Made by a program: the position numbers and the translations under genes. This document shows positions 60,098 through 64,000 of a stretch of 64,000 nt of DNA, in pieces. Source of the stretch: an uncultured Verrucomicrobiae bacterium (GTDB lineage Bacteria; Chlamydiota; Chlamydiia; Chlamydiales; Rhabdochlamydiaceae); the NCBI GenBank assembly GCA_963806855.1, contig CAWDYW010000001.1, positions 256,001 through 320,000 on the forward strand, in the 5' to 3' direction. Positions within the stretch are counted from its first letter, which is position 1. The number at the start of each line of letters is the position of its first letter. Under the pieces are notes generated by a model that saw only the letters and a program-made list of their open reading frames with translations, searched no databases and was not told the DNA's origin.

Positions 60098-61966
60098 ATG
60101 AATGGATTGAAAACCTCACAAGCATCTTCTTCAGTGAGTCCTTTGGCTTTTAGGACTGTAAATGTTCTGTTTGAGGAGCAGGTGCAAAAGCACCCGGATG
60201 CCATCGCTGCTATTTATAATAACACTAAATTGACCTATGATGAATTAGATAGGAAATCAAATCAAATCGCCCGATATTTGCAAGAGGCTGGGGTAGATAA
60301 TGGGACTCTGGTGGGGCTTAGTTTAAGTAACAGTATCAATATAATTCCGGCTATTTGGGGGATATTGAAGGCTGGCGGAGTATATCTTCCTCTAGAGCCC
60401 TCTTATCCACAGGACCGAATCGCGTATATGATTGAAGATGCAAAACCTTCAATCTTGCTTACGGAATCTCAACAAATGGCTAAATTTAAAAATTTTTCAG
60501 GAAAAATTGTTCAACTAGATCAGAGCTGGGAAGAGATCTCAATTCGTGACGATAGCACGATTGAAAGATCGATCGAGCCTGATCAGTTAGCCTATGTGAT
60601 CTATACTTCTGGGTCAACTGGTCAACCAAAGGGAATTATGGTTGAACATGGTAGCTTTGCGCATGGTGCTATAGCTCATAGAGAGTATTACCCAGAGAAA
60701 CTTAAGGGGCTACTAACTGGTGCTATCAGTTTTGATGTAACCCTTTTGATCATTTTCCATTTATTATTATCTGGAGGGACTGTTGTCATTCCATCTTCTG
60801 AGATAGTTGTTGATGTGGATAAAATAGTCGATCAAATTCAAGTAAATGCGATTGAATATATTTTATGCGTTCCTTCTCTGTATTCAATGATTCTGAACAA
60901 ATCAAGAGCTTTGCCTTCTTTGAAAATCGTAAGTCTTGCTGGGGAGCCTATCTCAAAATCAATTACTACTATGCACCCGATTTTCACTCCCAATGCCATC
61001 CTATATAATGAATATGGCCCTACCGAGTATGCGATAGGAACAACAATTGCGAAAATCTATGATCCAGATAAAAAGAGAATTTTTCCCATGAGCGTAGGCA
61101 AACCATTACCGGATACCCAGGTTTATATTTTTAATGAGAATCTACAATCTCTTCCTAAAGGCTTTAAAGGAGAAATTTTTATTGGAGGTAAGGGGATCGC
61201 TCGGGGATATTTAAATAAGCCAAATCTTACAGCTGACAATTTTCTCTCTTTTGGATCCGGAGTTCTATATAGAACAGGTGATTTTGGCCGCTTTCTGCCC
61301 GATGGGAATCTGGAATTTCTTGGACGCATGGATAATCAAGTTAAGATCCGAGGCAATCGAGTTGAGCTCGGAGAAATCGAACATGCGCTTTGTAAGTGCC
61401 CTGGACTTGATGAAAGTGTAGTTATTGTTCGCGAAGAACAAAGTGGGAATAAACATCTTATTGCCTATTTCACTACTGTCGATAAAGTGGACATTAAGGG
61501 GGAACTTAAGGGCTATCTGAAAAAACTGCTCCCTAAATATATGATTCCTTCGTCGTTTGTCTATCTAGAGTCTTTCCCTCGAACACCAAATGGGAAAATC
61601 GATCGAAATGCTCTTCCCAATCTATTGGAAAAAGAGACAAAGGTATCCGAAGAGCCACATAACGCCTTAGAGAACACACTCTCTAGCATTTGGAAGGAGA
61701 TACTGAATTTAGATCTTGTCGGAACAGAAGATAGCTTTTTCGAAATTGGGGGCGACTCGTTGGGACTAGCTGAAATGCAAACACTAATCGAAACTCGTCT
61801 CGGAATTAATGTTCCCGTGATAAAACTACTTGAATATCCCACAATCGCCCAACTCTCACAATATATCAATCAACAATCCGGTCGTAAAATCGTTTCCTTC
61901 TGTTCTGATCTTGCAAATAAGAAAAAGATGGCTTTTGAAAGATTTAGAATGAGAGCTAGAAGATGA
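60098..61966 (+). CDS. NRPS loading module, A-T didomain
   Basis: Full A motifs (YTSGSTGQPKG, SFD, NEYGPTE, YRTGD, NGKIDR) plus carrier FFEIGGDSL. Start moved to 60098 on RBS/promoter grounds. Confidence 0.93.
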   Translation: MNGLKTSQASSSVSPLAFRTVNVLFEEQVQKHPDAIAAIYNNTKLTYDELDRKSNQIARYLQEAGVDNGTLVGLSLSNSINIIPAIWGILKAGGVYLPLEPSYPQDRIAYMIEDAKPSILLTESQQMAKFKNFSGKIVQLDQSWEEISIRDDSTIERSIEPDQLAYVIYTSGSTGQPKGIMVEHGSFAHGAIAHREYYPEKLKGLLTGAISFDVTLLIIFHLLLSGGTVVIPSSEIVVDVDKIVDQIQVNAIEYILCVPSLYSMILNKSRALPSLKIVSLAGEPISKSITTMHPIFTPNAILYNEYGPTEYAIGTTIAKIYDPDKKRIFPMSVGKPLPDTQVYIFNENLQSLPKGFKGEIFIGGKGIARGYLNKPNLTADNFLSFGSGVLYRTGDFGRFLPDGNLEFLGRMDNQVKIRGNRVELGEIEHALCKCPGLDESVVIVREEQSGNKHLIAYFTTVDKVDIKGELKGYLKKLLPKYMIPSSFVYLESFPRTPNGKIDRNALPNLLEKETKVSEEPHNALENTLSSIWKEILNLDLVGTEDSFFEIGGDSLGLAEMQTLIETRLGINVPVIKLLEYPTIAQLSQYINQQSGRKIVSFCSDLANKKKMAFERFRMRARR

Positions 61967-64000
61967 ATCCAGAAGACCTAGAAAATGCAATCGCTATCGT
62001 GGGAATGTCAGGTAGATTCCCCGGCGCAGATAGCATTGATACTTTCTGGGAGAACCTATGTAATGGAAGAGAGTCGATCTCTTTATTTTCTGATGAAGAA
62101 TTGTTAGCCTCGGGAGTTTCCAAATCCCAACTCGACTCTCCTAACTATGTAAAATCCAGAGGAATTCTCAATGGTATCGAGCTATTTGATGCCGACTTTT
62201 TTGGTCTTAATGCTAAAGAAGCCCAATTGACCGATCCCCAACATCGCCTATTTTTAGAATGTGCTTGGGAAGCTTTAGAAAATGCAGGTTATTGGTCAGG
62301 TAATTACCAAGGTTCTATAGGGGTTTATGGCGGAACAGGCATGAGTTCTTATTATCTCAATAATATTTACCCAGATCAACAGTTAAGAGAGGCTTTGGGA
62401 GACTTCCTATTAAGGTTAGGCAATGATAAAGACTATCTCACAACAAGAGTTTCTTATAAGTTGAACCTCAAAGGACCAAGTATCAATATTCAATCGGCTT
62501 GCTCGACATCTCTTGTTGCCATTTGTGTTGCATGCAATCACTTGCTTACCTATCAGTGCGATATGGCTTTAGCAGGAGGGGTAACGATCTCCGTACCTCA
62601 GTCAAGTGGATATGTCTTCCAAGAGGGGATGATTTTCTCGAGCGATGGTCATTGCAGACCTTTTGATGCCGAGGCAAAAGGCACGGTAATGTCTAATGGC
62701 GCTGGAATTGTAGTCTTAAAGAGGTTACAAGATGCTCAAGCAGATAAGGATCATATCTATGCGGTAATCAGAGGTTATGGAATTAATAATGATGGCTCAG
62801 GGAAAATCGGCTATACTGCCCCCAGCGCAATAGGACAGGCAGAAGCTATTGCCGCAGCAATCATGATGGCCGGTGTAGACCCCGAAACGATCTCCTATGC
62901 TGAAACTCATGGCACGGCAACTGTTTTAGGAGATCCGATAGAAATACAGGGGCTTTCTCAGGCATTCAATACAGCAAAAAAGGGATATTGCGCCATTGGA
63001 TCGGTAAAAAGCAATATTGGCCACACATTTGAGGCAGCAGGCGTTATCGGTTTGATAAAGGCAGTTCTTGCACTGTATTATCGAAGGATACCCCCCTCAT
63101 TGAATTATCACAAACCCAACCCCCTTATAGATTTTACTGAAACTCCTTTTTATATAAACACAGAGCTAAGAGAATGGCCTAGCGGTGAACATCCACGTAG
63201 GGCGTGCGTCAGCTCTTTTGGAATCGGTGGAACTAATGCTCACATGATTTTAGAAGAGCCATCTCAGCGGGAGACTTTTGAGGCATCAAAAGATAAACAT
63301 TATTTGATTCTTTCAGCAAGGTCTCTTTCAGCTCTAAAAACAACTGCCCATAATCTCGGTCTGCATTTGAAAAAACACCCGGACCTTTCTCTTGCTAATG
63401 TAGCTTATACTCTTAAAGTTGGCCGCAAATTATTTGAACACAGGCGAATTTTAACCTGCCATAATCGTGATGAAGCTATCTCATCGCTTTTAAATTTTGA
63501 TCCATCTCAATACCCCACGATTTCTAATGAAACTCCAGAGGACTTCGTGGATTCCCAGTTGAATCGGGTTCCTCTCCCTACTTATCCATTTGAGAAAAAG
63601 CGTTATTGGATTGATCCGTCAAAAAAACTGGTGGAGATAATTTCTTCCGAGACTCCACAGCGCTCAATTGAAGAGGAATTAAGATCTCTTTTGATAGAGC
63701 TCTTAGGTATTGAAACGATCAATATAGATGATGATTTTTTCCAAATAGGCGGAGACTCAATCTTTGCTATTCAACTCTTAACTAGCCTATCCAAACTATT
63801 TAATATAAATGTAGAGATGCATATATTACAAGCGAATGCTTCTATTTCAAAATTAACCAAAGTTATCTCAAAACAAAAATTTAGCGTATCCTCGTTAGTT
63901 CAATTAAAGCCAGGTAATACAGGATCTCCTCTTTTTCTCATCCATCCGATTGAGGGAAATCTTTTTTGCTACACAAGCTTAATCGAGGGATTCAAAAGTC
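61963..64000 (+). CDS. Type I PKS module KS-(no AT)-ACP-TE, truncated by the window edge
   Basis: Manual translation, open to the end: IAIVGMSGRFPGA, DPQHRLFLE, GNDKDYL, QSACSTSL, ETHGTAT, KSNIGHT, SSFGIGGTNAH, VPLPTYPFEKKRYW, FFQIGGDSI, PLFLIHPIEG. ATGA-coupled to the NRPS gene. Absent from the ORF track because no stop lies in the window. Confidence 0.93.
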   Translation, partial: MNPEDLENAIAIVGMSGRFPGADSIDTFWENLCNGRESISLFSDEELLASGVSKSQLDSPNYVKSRGILNGIELFDADFFGLNAKEAQLTDPQHRLFLECAWEALENAGYWSGNYQGSIGVYGGTGMSSYYLNNIYPDQQLREALGDFLLRLGNDKDYLTTRVSYKLNLKGPSINIQSACSTSLVAICVACNHLLTYQCDMALAGGVTISVPQSSGYVFQEGMIFSSDGHCRPFDAEAKGTVMSNGAGIVVLKRLQDAQADKDHIYAVIRGYGINNDGSGKIGYTAPSAIGQAEAIAAAIMMAGVDPETISYAETHGTATVLGDPIEIQGLSQAFNTAKKGYCAIGSVKSNIGHTFEAAGVIGLIKAVLALYYRRIPPSLNYHKPNPLIDFTETPFYINTELREWPSGEHPRRACVSSFGIGGTNAHMILEEPSQRETFEASKDKHYLILSARSLSALKTTAHNLGLHLKKHPDLSLANVAYTLKVGRKLFEHRRILTCHNRDEAISSLLNFDPSQYPTISNETPEDFVDSQLNRVPLPTYPFEKKRYWIDPSKKLVEIISSETPQRSIEEELRSLLIELLGIETINIDDDFFQIGGDSIFAIQLLTSLSKLFNINVEMHILQANASISKLTKVISKQKFSVSSLVQLKPGNTGSPLFLIHPIEGNLFCYTSLIEGFKS

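Larger units (their letters stand above)
40100..64000. other. AT-rich accessory/genomic island
   Basis: Visible drop in GC relative to the housekeeping region, IS remnants, duplications, pseudogenes and no core genes. Boundaries are approximate. Confidence 0.7.

Overview
Bacterial chromosome segment, most likely from an environmental Chlamydiae genome. This is inferred from chlamydia-like gene sets and order (glgC-metallophosphoesterase, lpdA-lipA, secA/psd/nth/mnmE, ruvC-ruvA, pseudopilin-like genes, CHLPS-type hydrolases). Bases 1 to ~40,000 are mostly housekeeping and envelope genes. They also include a HAMP adenylate cyclase/histidine kinase operon, a MazF-type TA pair, a eukaryote-type phosphatidylinositol synthase beside a sugar/inositol porter, LPS and capsule genes, and a family of CGCAAAGA-based palindromes. 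From ~40,100 to the end the sequence is a visibly more AT-rich accessory island. It carries a polymorphic toxin/immunity locus, IS2-like and IS66 remnants, and an Inc-like repeat protein. Its most notable content is an apparent aromatic-amino-acid-based hybrid NRPS/PKS cluster: an MppJ-like C-methyltransferase, an EncP/AdmH-type MIO ammonia-lyase/aminomutase, several further SAM methyltransferases, two paralogous adenylation enzymes (A and A-T), an MFS exporter, a lipocalin-like protein and an AT-less KS-ACP-TE that runs off the right edge and is missing from the ORF track. Several genes (secA, wzc-like and others) carry indels that look like uncorrected sequencing errors. No rRNA, tRNA or CRISPR array was seen. 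Family assignments come from motif recognition and remembered sequences, not from database searches.
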